Of a stretch of 64,000 nucleotides of DNA, positions 20,717-30,174 are shown piece after piece (position 1 is the stretch's first letter; each line of letters opens with the position of its first letter). The notes beneath the pieces were generated by a model. That model made no database searches, was not told the origin of the DNA, and was given only the letters and a program-made list of their open reading frames with translations. The position numbers and the translations under genes are program-made. The DNA is from a virus (taxonomy: Duplodnaviria; Caudoviricetes): the IMG/VR virus record IMGVR_UViG_3300050034_000334. The stretch is one strand, 5' to 3'.

Positions 20717-20877
20717 TACCAATTTCCTCCGGCAGTATCAGCTTCTCCAAACGTGCAGGGACCGCACATTCCGGTGGCAGGAACAACTGGAGTCTCGCCA
20801 CAGACTTCGCACTTTCTGGTCCAGTCTGGCGTTGTGTCAGTTTCGCGCGGCTTCTTCGTGGGTTTCTTCTTGCTCAT
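20716..20877 (-). CDS. 53 aa zinc-finger-like protein (below ORF-track cutoff)
   Basis: MSKKKPTKK...CEVCGETPVVPATGMCGPCTFGEADTAGGNW. Confidence 0.65.
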   Translation of the reverse strand: MSKKKPTKKPRETDTTPDWTRKCEVCGETPVVPATGMCGPCTFGEADTAGGNW

Positions 20878-21206
20878 TTGTTATCCAAAATTCCGGAATC
20901 GTCGATCAGGGTTTCCATCTGGTCAACTTCCTGCTTCATCTTGCGAAAGCTGGGAGAGAAGATGCAATGGATCCAATCTGGCGAATTCTGAACCAGCCAG
21001 GTCCAGGTCTTGATGTGAAGTGGTGCAGGCTTGATGCCTCGAGTGAGCAGCAACGCTGCATCACCGACTACATTGAGGGGTGCTTTGAGCTCGTACAATC
21101 TCTGAAGCCGGTCAAGTCTTGATCGAAAGACGTGGTCTGGCACCCTGAGTTCGTTCATAAACCTTTGCATAAATAGACCTCTCCATGTCTCCCCTCCATT
21201 CCTCAT
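20874..21206 (-). CDS. Hypothetical protein
   Basis: ORF; motif variant with N18 upstream. Confidence 0.55.
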   Translation of the reverse strand: MRNGGETWRGLFMQRFMNELRVPDHVFRSRLDRLQRLYELKAPLNVVGDAALLLTRGIKPAPLHIKTWTWLVQNSPDWIHCIFSPSFRKMKQEVDQMETLIDDSGILDNK

Positions 21207-21299
21207 CTACGCGAGGTCTGATCAAAATCGGGTAATCAGATGCTATCCCAAAACCGCCAGAAGATGATAGCCATTCGTTGGCGAAGTCTGTGAATTTTG

Positions 21300-21698
21300 C
21301 TAAACCTCATTTGATCCTTCTTTCTTCAACCATGAGAAGCCTTGGGTTTCTTCGTTCCAGTGACAACTGGAATCCGTTTCAGCTAACTCTCTGAGGTGAT
21401 TGGCCAAGTGAGGATTGTTCACGCTCTCCACATAGACCCCTTGATATGTCTTGCCACAGCTCTTCTTGAAGAGTTCGAAAGTCTGTTTGAAGAGGCCGCG
21501 CCCACGCATTTCCTTGATCACTGTGATATTGGCAAGGTCGATGAAGAGGTACAGGTGGCGATTCACCATGTGATGACCCTTGCGAACATAGACAGAAAGC
21601 TGTCCAGTCGTCAGCCACTCATTCTTCGCATGAGGAGAGGCAAGGAACTTCTCCAACAGAGTTCGGAGCGAACGATCCAGCTTGATGGGCTCAACCAT
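21300..21698 (-). CDS. GNAT-fold acetyltransferase-like protein
   Basis: IDLANITVIKEMRGRGLF, YVESV. Confidence 0.5.
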   Translation of the reverse strand: MVEPIKLDRSLRTLLEKFLASPHAKNEWLTTGQLSVYVRKGHHMVNRHLYLFIDLANITVIKEMRGRGLFKQTFELFKKSCGKTYQGVYVESVNNPHLANHLRELAETDSSCHWNEETQGFSWLKKEGSNEV

Positions 21699-21705
21699 AC
21701 GATCA

Positions 21706-21735
21706 CTCTACGCATCAGATGATGTAAACCGTTAG
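21706..21735 (-). promoter_or_regulatory. Bipartite promoter-like motif CTAACGG-N17-GTAGAG; ATG 7 nt downstream
   Basis: Motif match. Confidence 0.6.
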
Positions 21736-21772
21736 TGTGAAATGACTATCACAACCCAGATAGAAGGAATTT

Positions 21773-22495
21773 ATGCTCACAAAACTCCTGAACAAGTCAT
21801 CTGCAGTGAGGCCCCGGTCAGTGCTTCGTAGCACAGATCGGAATTACATGCGCCTCTTGAACGACGGTGCTCACTTCACGCGTGAGACCAGGAAGTCCAA
21901 TGGGAGCCAGCAACTTCGCTGTGTACTTTCTGATGGAGATACTAGAGTTCTCACTTCAGCAGTCTTTTATGACATGCTGGAGCGCGGCCTGATCGAGATT
22001 GGCAACACTGAAATGGGAGATAATCAAGCCACAGACTTCTTCACCATCAGTGGAAAAGGCAAGAAGATCCTTGAGGGTGAGGATCCATACGCTCCTGTGC
22101 TTCCTGAAGATGAGCCTGAGCAGACGTCAGAGATGCCTGATGAGATAGTGCCTCCGGCCCCGGAATCTCCTCTGATTCCAGCAACTGCAGGTCTGAAAGT
22201 CAATCTCTGGAAGAAAATTGCCGAGAACAGACCCAAGCTCAAAGATCTGAAAGTCATCTCTCAGGATGGTCGCTACATCGATCCTTCGGTTCCTAACAGC
22301 AACCTTGAGGTCTACACAGCATTCGTGAAGTGGAGCGATGATGGAGATGACAAGATGGCTGATGAAGAGATTGACGTCCTGGCAAAGAGCGAACTTCACG
22401 CTGAAGAGATCGCTGCTGCAGCCATGAGACAGGATTACGAGCCTGGTGGCAGGATCATCGGTATCAGACAGAGGATTCGCGGAACTTATTATTGA
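21773..22495 (+). CDS. Hypothetical protein (possible winged helix N-terminus)
   Basis: AAGGA RBS; FYDMLERGLIEIG...FTISGKGKKIL. Confidence 0.6.
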   Translation: MLTKLLNKSSAVRPRSVLRSTDRNYMRLLNDGAHFTRETRKSNGSQQLRCVLSDGDTRVLTSAVFYDMLERGLIEIGNTEMGDNQATDFFTISGKGKKILEGEDPYAPVLPEDEPEQTSEMPDEIVPPAPESPLIPATAGLKVNLWKKIAENRPKLKDLKVISQDGRYIDPSVPNSNLEVYTAFVKWSDDGDDKMADEEIDVLAKSELHAEEIAAAAMRQDYEPGGRIIGIRQRIRGTYY

Positions 22496-22551
22496 CATCA
22501 GTGATCTAGTAAAGCGATTTAACGATTGATGAACATCGGAAGGAGGCTGTT

Positions 22552-22926
22552 ATGGCCCCTATCATCACTCTAAAGAACTGGTTCCGGAAGGATTTGCGTT
22601 ATGCAAACTGGGACCGCGACGTGGAGATTCTAAAGGACACTGAAACTGAGTGCTCCATTAGAGTTTACACGGATACACACAGCTATCGCATCGGAGCCAT
22701 GGTTCGTGAAGACGGAACTGGCTATCTCGGATGTGAGGCTTCTACTCGGAAGCCCAGGGCTGGAGAAGACCACACTCGTGGCAACGATCTTCCCGATGGT
22801 CTGTTCACTCGTGCCAATTGGCAAAGTATTCTTGGTTCGATTGTGGGATATGAGCTCGTGAAGATTCATCGTGAAGTACCCAAATCACCCGGTCTAGTGT
22901 CCGAGGAATCTGTCCAGAAAGTCTGA
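22552..22926 (+). CDS. Conserved phage hypothetical protein
   Basis: AGGAGG RBS; YLGCEASTRKPRAGEDHTRGNDLPDG. Confidence 0.65.
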   Translation: MAPIITLKNWFRKDLRYANWDRDVEILKDTETECSIRVYTDTHSYRIGAMVREDGTGYLGCEASTRKPRAGEDHTRGNDLPDGLFTRANWQSILGSIVGYELVKIHREVPKSPGLVSEESVQKV

Positions 22927-23115
22927 CGCATCATAGAGTCCCAGCCGATTGGCGGCGACCTTGAGGATCACAAGCTGCTCCTTGGTGGAGTATTGCGCTT
23001 GCGGCTGCTTGGGGATCGACTCGGCAGCAACCATGCGAGGATCGCGATTCGGTAAAGGGAAAGAACAAAGGCTTGCAGGATAAGGCGTGGAAGTATCGTT
23101 ACTCTTATCACTCAT
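22894..23115 (-). CDS. Hypothetical protein
   Basis: ATG 6 nt after GTAGAG (weak -35 TTAGCTG). Confidence 0.5.
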   Translation of the reverse strand: MSDKSNDTSTPYPASLCSFPLPNRDPRMVAAESIPKQPQAQYSTKEQLVILKVAANRLGLYDASDFLDRFLGH

Positions 23116-23147
23116 GCTTTTCTCTACTGATGTGAGTTGCCAAACAG

Positions 23148-23900
23148 CTAACCACCAGTACAAAAAGGACAGATGGGACTTGTAAGGTTGCGATTAACGT
23201 GCCATCGAAGATGTGCCAACTTCTGTATCTGACCTGTTGCTGACGCTAGTTTTCCAGATTTGGAAGCGGCATATCGCTGATGTTCCGTCGTTCTTAGTGA
23301 GGAGAGTTGTCCATTTTGCACTGCTTTTTGACCGGATTTCTTTCCGTTTTTACGAGCTCTACCACTACGAACGTGATCTTTTCCAGCGGCTATTCCTGCC
23401 TTAACCTGATGCTCGTGAGTTCTTAGCCTTGCCAGGAGTCCAGATTCCACAGCGGCCTTCCCCAGCAATCTAGCATGTTCGATCTGACGTTTTCTTCCAT
23501 GCTCATACATTAGAGAGTAGTTTTCCAGTTCTTGCTCAGTTAGGTGGGAAACCCAAACTTTGCGACTAAAATTACTCATCATAAATAGAACTCTTTGAAA
23601 AGGAACATATTTTGGAGCACAGCTTGATAGAAAGTAATGAGCCTTGAAATGATTGGCCGGTGCCAGGCATATCCTGTTGTTTGGGTCATTTCTGTACTGA
23701 GGAAATTCATTCTTAGGCAGAATGTGATGAAACTCTCCAGTGTCGGCTGTACAGAGGGATTCTAAAAAAGTGAAATACGATGAAAAATCACTCTCTGATA
23801 ACCGATTAGACAAAGACTTTCGTAGATAATCAAGTATTATCACAATAGGTAATACTGTTGTGAGGAGAATATCTTGCAAATTGGGTTCACCGGCACGCAT
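23148..23900 (-). CDS. HNH homing endonuclease with GK-A-SG repeats
   Basis: EFHHILPK...NRICLAPANHFKAH; real start probably downstream of 23900. Confidence 0.75.
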   Translation of the reverse strand: MRAGEPNLQDILLTTVLPIVIILDYLRKSLSNRLSESDFSSYFTFLESLCTADTGEFHHILPKNEFPQYRNDPNNRICLAPANHFKAHYFLSSCAPKYVPFQRVLFMMSNFSRKVWVSHLTEQELENYSLMYEHGRKRQIEHARLLGKAAVESGLLARLRTHEHQVKAGIAAGKDHVRSGRARKNGKKSGQKAVQNGQLSSLRTTEHQRYAASKSGKLASATGQIQKLAHLRWHVNRNLTSPICPFCTGG

Positions 23901-24323
23901 CGCGGAATGACAGATTCACAGAAGACAGCAATAAAAAGTCTTCTCACGAAGCTGTATGCGGCGAGCTACGTCATTGATCGCGAGCACAATTTCCGCCACG
24001 GTCAATGCGTTGGTGCCGATGTTCAGTCAGCCGCTATGGCGAAGGAAATCGGATTCCGTGTAATTGCATTTCCCGGATATCCTCCCGATAACCCGACCAA
24101 CATGTCCAATCGGGGAGGGTTCGATGGCAACGATGAGGTCATGCCAGAAGGTGCTTTCCTAGAACGCGATCATCTCATCGTAGACGCTTCCACCACCATG
24201 ATTGCCACCCCGGCTCAACAGCATGAAGTCCTGAGATCTGGAACTTGGGCCACTGTTCGCTATGCTCGTAAGAAGGGCAAAATTGTGATCATCGTTGCTC
24301 CGGATGGAGAGATGTCTGTATGA
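23874..24323 (+). CDS. SLOG/DprA-Rossmann superfamily protein
   Basis: IGFTGTHRG, HGQCVGAD, RDHLIVD, SGTWATVRYARKKGK. Confidence 0.75.
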   Translation: MQIGFTGTHRGMTDSQKTAIKSLLTKLYAASYVIDREHNFRHGQCVGADVQSAAMAKEIGFRVIAFPGYPPDNPTNMSNRGGFDGNDEVMPEGAFLERDHLIVDASTTMIATPAQQHEVLRSGTWATVRYARKKGKIVIIVAPDGEMSV

Positions 24324-24505
24324 GGCGTCGTGCAGTGCACAACAAACCCTTTCTCTACTTTCGCAGTGGATACTGGTATGTTCAGATCGGAAAGAGAAAC
24401 TGGACAGCGTGGAGATTTGACTGGGCTCTCCATCTGGTGAAGGAGTACTGGCGTCGTAAGAACCTGGAACAGTTGATGAGAGAACGAGGTCATGTTGACG
24501 TATGA
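24320..24505 (+). CDS. Small hypothetical protein
   Basis: ATGA overlap. Confidence 0.45.
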   Translation: MRRRAVHNKPFLYFRSGYWYVQIGKRNWTAWRFDWALHLVKEYWRRKNLEQLMRERGHVDV

Positions 24506-24677
24506 AGTACCCAGTCTGCGCGGCCTGCAAGGGAAAGGGAGAAGTTCCTTGGAGCAGTCGATATGCCGCTGACGCCAACGGGGAATTCTCCATGTCTGGC
24601 GAGATCAGAGAAGAGAAGACCTCTGTGTGTAAAGTGTGCCATGGAACAGGAAATGGGAAACTGAATGAGAATCACTG
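24502..24677 (+). pseudogene. DnaJ-type CxxCxGxG zinc-finger peptide, frameshifted
   Basis: CAACKGKG in one frame and CKVCHGTG in the -1 frame. Confidence 0.4.
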
Positions 24678-25210
24678 AGAAGTACACTTTCTTCTATGGC
24701 ACCAACGACATCTACTCCAACTTCCACCCGGCTCCCTTTGTTACCGATGTGATCGAGCTTGGTCTGATCAAGCAGTCATTCCCCGATTCCGAGCATTACT
24801 TCATGCTCTGCAAGGCTCTCTACTTTCATGATCTTCGGACTGCCAAGCGAATCATCACTGCTGAGACTCCAGCCATCGCCAAGGCCCTGGGTCGTGTGGT
24901 GACCAACTTCAACAAAGAAGTTTGGGATGCTGCTTCCCGGGAGTGGATGGACCTGGCTTGCTATTTCAAGTTCAGTCAGAATCCGGAACTCCTCAAGCAG
25001 CTACTGTCCACCAAAGGGACCATCTTGGTAGAAGCCTCACCCACGGACACTCTTTGGGGAGTGGGCATGAATTACTACGATGATCGGATCCTTGACCCGG
25101 CGAATTGGCGCGGCAAGAACTGGTTGGGAGAGGTCCTTACGGCTCTTCGTGATCGCTATCTATCTGGATTATTGAACACAAAATACCCGATCCCCTCTAG
25201 TTCGACGTAG
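24665..25210 (+). CDS. NADAR (YbiA-like) hydrolase
   Basis: YSNFH, SEHYFMLCKA, KFSQNPEL..LLST, LVEASPTDTLWGVG, GKNWLGEVL. Confidence 0.93.
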   Translation: MRITEKYTFFYGTNDIYSNFHPAPFVTDVIELGLIKQSFPDSEHYFMLCKALYFHDLRTAKRIITAETPAIAKALGRVVTNFNKEVWDAASREWMDLACYFKFSQNPELLKQLLSTKGTILVEASPTDTLWGVGMNYYDDRILDPANWRGKNWLGEVLTALRDRYLSGLLNTKYPIPSSST

Positions 25211-25212
25211 AG
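25183..25212 (+). promoter_or_regulatory. Bipartite promoter-like motif ATACCCG-N17-GTAGAG
   Basis: Motif match upstream of 25224. Confidence 0.6.
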
Positions 25213-25223
25213 GGATCTTAGAT

Positions 25224-25784
25224 ATGAGTTCTAGATTTCAAAACGTGTACATATTCCATGGTCAGGGAGAGACTCCTGAGGGAAATCCCCTGACATTGGA
25301 AGAAATGCTCCGGGCGAGATTCCCAGGTGTGAACTACATTCGACCACTGTTGCGTCATCGAAATCCATCGGTCACCGCCAAGGATTCATTTAGGGCAGCA
25401 TCCCGCAAGACTTTCATGATTGAGCCCAAATCTTTGATCATCGGATTTGGTATGGGTGGCTTGATCGCCGCCGCGCTCCAGGAAAGATTTCCTCTTCACG
25501 AACTATCCGTCTTCGCAATTTCATCTCCCACCAACATGCCAACTCTGACCCTCAACAAGAGGATCGAGGATTGCCGTGTCGCATTATACTCTCACTTGGA
25601 CAAAGCAACAGAGAGTGCGACTGCCGGCTGGCCTGATCTCACAAACCAAGCCTACGACGTGTCTTGGATGATGTCAGCAACACATCAGAAGTACAGCGTT
25701 GCCACTGTCGTCTCAGCTTTCATGATCGATGAGTACATCGCCATAGCAGTGAAGAACGTGTTTGGAGATGACGATGCCGATTGA
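25224..25784 (+). CDS. Alpha/beta hydrolase-fold protein (YqiA-like), nucleophile Ser absent
   Basis: YIFHG, LIIGFGMGGLIAAAL. Confidence 0.6.
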   Translation: MSSRFQNVYIFHGQGETPEGNPLTLEEMLRARFPGVNYIRPLLRHRNPSVTAKDSFRAASRKTFMIEPKSLIIGFGMGGLIAAALQERFPLHELSVFAISSPTNMPTLTLNKRIEDCRVALYSHLDKATESATAGWPDLTNQAYDVSWMMSATHQKYSVATVVSAFMIDEYIAIAVKNVFGDDDAD

Positions 25785-26331
25785 ACTTAAGACAGCAATC
25801 ATTGTTGACCCGATTGGCAGTTCACTTGGAGATAGAACTCCAGAGGATGAGATCAAGCAACACATCAAGGATTTCTCCGAACTGCTTTCTCCAGCCAAGT
25901 TGAAGGTCTATTCTCCTTGGTCGTGTTATCCAGAGGATCTGCAGCCGGGAACGGACCTGGTGCTTTTCGACTACGGCGGGATGATGCTCGGGAACTCAAT
26001 GGCAGAAAAGAACTCGTGGCATCTGGTCACCTATGCTGCAGATAATCCCAGTGCTCTCGTAGTCGTTGTCAGTTCGTTCACATGGACCAACGTGATGGCC
26101 TCCGAACTGGAAGCGCGGAAAATGCTCGAGGTGCACAACATCGTGCCACGTTACTGGGAGCCCAAACGTCGCTATGGAGATGTCTTTGGTGGCGAAAAGG
26201 AACCAGATGACTGGGATTGCATCCCACAGTGGTTCCGTGACATGCACAGCCTTCCAAGAATTGACCCTTATGCGGCAACTGTAACAAAGCTAGTCACACC
26301 CAGTAAGATCAGGAGAACGAGGAAGAAATGA
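25762..26331 (+). CDS. Hypothetical protein, receiver-like fold possible
   Basis: AIIVD, TDLVLFDYG. Confidence 0.5.
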   Translation: MEMTMPIELKTAIIVDPIGSSLGDRTPEDEIKQHIKDFSELLSPAKLKVYSPWSCYPEDLQPGTDLVLFDYGGMMLGNSMAEKNSWHLVTYAADNPSALVVVVSSFTWTNVMASELEARKMLEVHNIVPRYWEPKRRYGDVFGGEKEPDDWDCIPQWFRDMHSLPRIDPYAATVTKLVTPSKIRRTRKK

Positions 26332-26558
26332 CTCTCAAGATCCCGAGAACGGGAGACGTTGTGTTCCGCATGCTCGCCGGGGAGATTGAACTGCCCCTGG
26401 TTGTCCACGTTGTTCGTGATGGCAAAGTGATCTGCGGTTCCTGGGAATTTGATCTCGCCACTGGTGCTGAGATCGATGACATGTTGGACTGGGGTCCTCC
26501 GCCCATGCAGACCGGGAGTTTCCTCCGGTTGAAAAACGGAGAAATCGAAGTTAGGTAG
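26328..26558 (+). CDS. Hypothetical protein
   Basis: ATGA overlap. Confidence 0.55.
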   Translation: MTLKIPRTGDVVFRMLAGEIELPLVVHVVRDGKVICGSWEFDLATGAEIDDMLDWGPPPMQTGSFLRLKNGEIEVR

Positions 26559-26570
26559 AAGGAGAACCAA

Positions 26571-27056
26571 ATGGCAAAAGACAAGGAAAACAAGGATTCA
26601 AATACTCGGCGGTGTTGTGCAACTGTCGCTGCGGCTCACTATCTGCACGGTCGGTTGGAACAGCAGATCGAGAGCTTTGCTTCACAGTACGATCTTCCCT
26701 CTGATGAACTCGTTTCCAGAGTGGGACTGTTGCTGGCCGGTGATTTCTTGGCAGAGCACACGGTTGCCCTCCATCGGGTGGATCTGGAAGAGGAACTTCA
26801 ACAGAAGGCGGCAGAGGCTTTCCAGGAATTCTTCCAGTCGCAGCATGCTGCGAAGAAGGTAGCCAAGAAGGCGGCCAAGAAGGAAGAGAAGGCAGCCAAG
26901 AAGCCTCATCTCGTCGCCAAGACCAAGGCAAGCTCCAGCGCTGGCAACAAGGACTACTGGGCCAAGTTGTCTCCCTTGCAGCGCAAGCGCGAAGTGGCTC
27001 GCCGCAAGAAGGTCTCGGTGGCCAAGAAGGCAGCGGCGGTCAAGGCAGCAGCCTAG
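26571..27056 (+). CDS. Hypothetical protein with K/A-rich histone-like tail
   Basis: AAGGAG RBS; KKVAKKAAKK. Confidence 0.65.
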   Translation: MAKDKENKDSNTRRCCATVAAAHYLHGRLEQQIESFASQYDLPSDELVSRVGLLLAGDFLAEHTVALHRVDLEEELQQKAAEAFQEFFQSQHAAKKVAKKAAKKEEKAAKKPHLVAKTKASSSAGNKDYWAKLSPLQRKREVARRKKVSVAKKAAAVKAAA

Positions 27057-27086
27057 TTCCTGTTCGTTCGATAGGCTGAGTGCGAA

Positions 27087-27344
27087 GTGTGCTCAGCCGT
27101 CGACACCAGAAAGGATCCTGTGATTACAGTAACTCCAAGTCAAAGTTCAACTCCACCCGATGAACAATGGGCTCAGGAAGTCTGTCTTATGGGTCGAGGA
27201 TCCAGCTGTTGCAGTTTTCTTGGCAACAATGGTCACTGGGCATGCATGAAGAAGACAGAACTCGCCTTTTCCATAAATGAACGTCGTAGACTCCATACGA
27301 TTGGCGCCATGGGCGACAACTGTGAAGGAAGATCCTTAGAGTAA
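27087..27344 (+). CDS. Small Cys-rich hypothetical protein
   Basis: CLMGRGSSCCSFL...GDNCEG. Confidence 0.5.
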   Translation: MCSAVDTRKDPVITVTPSQSSTPPDEQWAQEVCLMGRGSSCCSFLGNNGHWACMKKTELAFSINERRRLHTIGAMGDNCEGRSLE

Positions 27345-28814
27345 TCAGTTCGGCTTCTTCTCCTGCTTGAACTCATGTTCAAACATCTCTTTGGAGATAT
27401 CAGCGTCGAGCTGATTGGCTCCTCTCTGAATTGTGGGAAGTAGTGCTTTGAACTCTGGGTCAGTGATCACAGCCTGATTCTTTTCCTCGACCGTCTCTTC
27501 AATCGAAGACAGATGGTCTTCGGGGATATACTGCTCACACTCCTGCAGAATCTTCGTGAAGTCATCCATGTCCATGGGATAGTCCGGCTCGGCAAAGATA
27601 GGCTTCAACCTATCCACAATCGGCTGCCACCCTTCCCGCTCAGCATCGGTGTAGAGCAAGTAGAGCGATTGCTTGAGAGGGTTGTGGAGGATCTCATTGA
27701 TGAGCACCTGCTCCGCTGTCAGCTCGATCTCTACCTCTGGGTCAGTGTATCTCGTGATGGGTTGAACCCTGCCGGCCTTAAGATCCTTGCAGTGATTCGA
27801 TGATTCCAACTCCAACTTACGCAGTTGTTGACCCTGTCTTATTTCAAAATTCTCAGAGGCACAGTTGATCAGGTATCCGTTGATCTTCAGACAGAGATCC
27901 ATCACGTCATCTGGCCAGCTGCTGGAGTAGATGAGTTGTAAGAGACCGTCCATCTCAAGATCAGTCAGCTTGACGTTCTTGCCCAGATTGATGTTGGCGA
28001 ATCTGAGAGATTCGCGAATTGCAGGAGTGTCAAGAATCTTGGCCGCCGTGCAGCGCAGCGTGGCTCTCTGACTGAGAGCCTTCTCGAGTAGATCAATTTC
28101 CAACCAGACCTGCTTGGTCTCAGGGTCCTGACGCTGGGCATCTTCCACCACATCCCCGGTATCCAGCAGCACCCACTCCTGAACATTGGCCACAGTTGAG
28201 TAGTCATAGACCAGGCCCACAAGATCGGCTTTCATTGCCTTGAACAGAATGTTTGCCAGGAGATTGGGAGAGAACGGACCCTCCTTGGGCTTATTCATGT
28301 TCTCCGGAATCCAGTAGTTGGGACACTCCTGCCTGATGAGGTCCCAGATATACTCGTCCGACTGCTTGTACAGATCCCGGGGATGAACAAACTTGTCCTG
28401 GGTGTTGCTGGTGGCCTTCTGAAGAACCTCTCCGAAGTGACGTCCCTCTGCGATCATCTCGCTGTACTGCTCAAGATCCGCAATGGTTGACTCAGCCACC
28501 CCGGTGTCGCTGATGTACTGCTTGCCCAGACGAGTGTCTCCGCCGAACAAAGCCCTGCGATGGGAGACAAAAGCAAGTTCGACTTGTAGGAATCTGGGAT
28601 CATGAACCATATTCCAAGACGGTCCCAGGGTCTCACAATATCCCTTCTCCCCGAAGACGATGCCGTGAATGATCTTGGCATATTCGAACTCTTCCTTGGC
28701 GACTACCTCATCCTCATGGAAAAGATATACACGTTTTCCATCATCCAAGAGACCCAGCAAGTTCCGAACTAATCTGTCCACAAAAGATACCGTCCTAACT
28801 TTGTTTGACTTCAA
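27345..28814 (-). CDS. Hypothetical 489 aa acidic protein
   Basis: Long ORF. Confidence 0.7.
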   Translation of the reverse strand: MKSNKVRTVSFVDRLVRNLLGLLDDGKRVYLFHEDEVVAKEEFEYAKIIHGIVFGEKGYCETLGPSWNMVHDPRFLQVELAFVSHRRALFGGDTRLGKQYISDTGVAESTIADLEQYSEMIAEGRHFGEVLQKATSNTQDKFVHPRDLYKQSDEYIWDLIRQECPNYWIPENMNKPKEGPFSPNLLANILFKAMKADLVGLVYDYSTVANVQEWVLLDTGDVVEDAQRQDPETKQVWLEIDLLEKALSQRATLRCTAAKILDTPAIRESLRFANINLGKNVKLTDLEMDGLLQLIYSSSWPDDVMDLCLKINGYLINCASENFEIRQGQQLRKLELESSNHCKDLKAGRVQPITRYTDPEVEIELTAEQVLINEILHNPLKQSLYLLYTDAEREGWQPIVDRLKPIFAEPDYPMDMDDFTKILQECEQYIPEDHLSSIEETVEEKNQAVITDPEFKALLPTIQRGANQLDADISKEMFEHEFKQEKKPN

Positions 28815-28882
28815 GATCCTAGGCAGAACCTGCCTTCGGTTCTATTTCATGATACTCGCAAAATCCGCTTTCCAAAAGGAGA

Positions 28883-29401
28883 TTGCCTATGAATCTGGTT
28901 CACGTCAACACCTCAACCTTCATCTCACCCAGTTTGTTCGAGGATAAGAATGCATTCTATGGCAATAACTGGTACAAAGCCACCACCGTAAGCAATAGCA
29001 ACTATTTTCTCCAGGGAACTACGGTGGCCAATACCACTAAGGTTTACTTTGGCTTGAGGAATCGTGTCAACAATGTTCCAACAATTGTATCAGGAGGCAA
29101 TCCTTGGAATTGCGTATTTGTAAACAGTAACTATGATGGCTGTGCTGTAGACTCAGCAGGAGTGCTTGATGTTACCGCTACAGTCTCTATTCCACGAGGA
29201 GCTACTTCGTTGGCGGTAGTGTTTCCGCGCACAATGGCAGCAGTACCAAATAACATAAATATCTCCAATCCTAATGCAACTTGGCAACCTTCCTTTTCGT
29301 ACGGGAATGTAACAATCACTGGAATGACTATATATTTCAGTGTTGCTGCACCGTCTGCCCTTCATGTACTGTACGAGGCTGAAGTTTCACAGAACTCATA
29401 A
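28883..29401 (+). CDS. Probable structural protein
   Basis: AGGAG RBS; N/T/S-rich. Confidence 0.55.
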   Translation: MPMNLVHVNTSTFISPSLFEDKNAFYGNNWYKATTVSNSNYFLQGTTVANTTKVYFGLRNRVNNVPTIVSGGNPWNCVFVNSNYDGCAVDSAGVLDVTATVSIPRGATSLAVVFPRTMAAVPNNINISNPNATWQPSFSYGNVTITGMTIYFSVAAPSALHVLYEAEVSQNS

Positions 29402-29649
29402 TGACCCAAGACCAGCTTGCTCTCATCACGGCAAACACATTCCAGTGGCAGCAAGCTGTTGACTTCGTCCCGGATGGGTTGGCTCGGCAAATCGCCAGCG
29501 GTTACAGAAACATTCCAACTTGGGACTGTGAAAGAGTTCTGGACAGCCTGGTCGCTTTGGGAGTGCTTGAACAACAGGCCTGTGATCCTGGTACACCCTA
29601 CTGGATGAGATACTTTCGCTTGACTCAGAACTTTGCGTTCCCACTGTAG
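29401..29649 (+). CDS. Hypothetical protein
   Basis: TAATG overlap. Confidence 0.5.
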   Translation: MTQDQLALITANTFQWQQAVDFVPDGLARQIASGYRNIPTWDCERVLDSLVALGVLEQQACDPGTPYWMRYFRLTQNFAFPL

Positions 29650-29661
29650 GGGAAGCCACCT

Positions 29662-30174
29662 ATGAAGGTCTGTGTTTTCAACACCACGAACAACCTCATT
29701 CAGCCGGTCGATATTGCGTCGAGTGGTCTCACTCTGGCCAATGTGGATGTAACTTCCTCTGTTGGAAATTTCACAGTGGCTCATGGTCTCATTCAAACCC
29801 CGTCAGCAGTTGTGCTTCAGATGACTTCTAGCGGAGATATTTGGTTTCAAGATACTCCATTCGATGCCACTTATCTCTATCTGGACGCTGCGGTTGCTGG
29901 TCTAACAGCGATCGCTGCTTGTTTCCTTGGTGGAGGATTACTAACAACCTCCGTTCTTCCATTCACTCAACTTCCAGCAGTAATCGCAGTTCCAGACGGG
30001 GGAACTTCCTACCTGCTACCCACCATTCCAGGCTATCCTGCTGCTTCGTTCTACTTCGTCAACGGCATCAAGAGGCAATATGGTGTTTACTACACCATCA
30101 CTGAGGGTTTGCTCACGATATTGGCCCCATACCCACCAGAAGCGGGAGACTCACATGAAATCTACTACACCTAG
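29662..30174 (+). CDS. Probable structural protein
   Basis: FYFVNGIKRQYGVYYTI motif. Confidence 0.55.
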   Translation: MKVCVFNTTNNLIQPVDIASSGLTLANVDVTSSVGNFTVAHGLIQTPSAVVLQMTSSGDIWFQDTPFDATYLYLDAAVAGLTAIAACFLGGGLLTTSVLPFTQLPAVIAVPDGGTSYLLPTIPGYPAASFYFVNGIKRQYGVYYTITEGLLTILAPYPPEAGDSHEIYYT

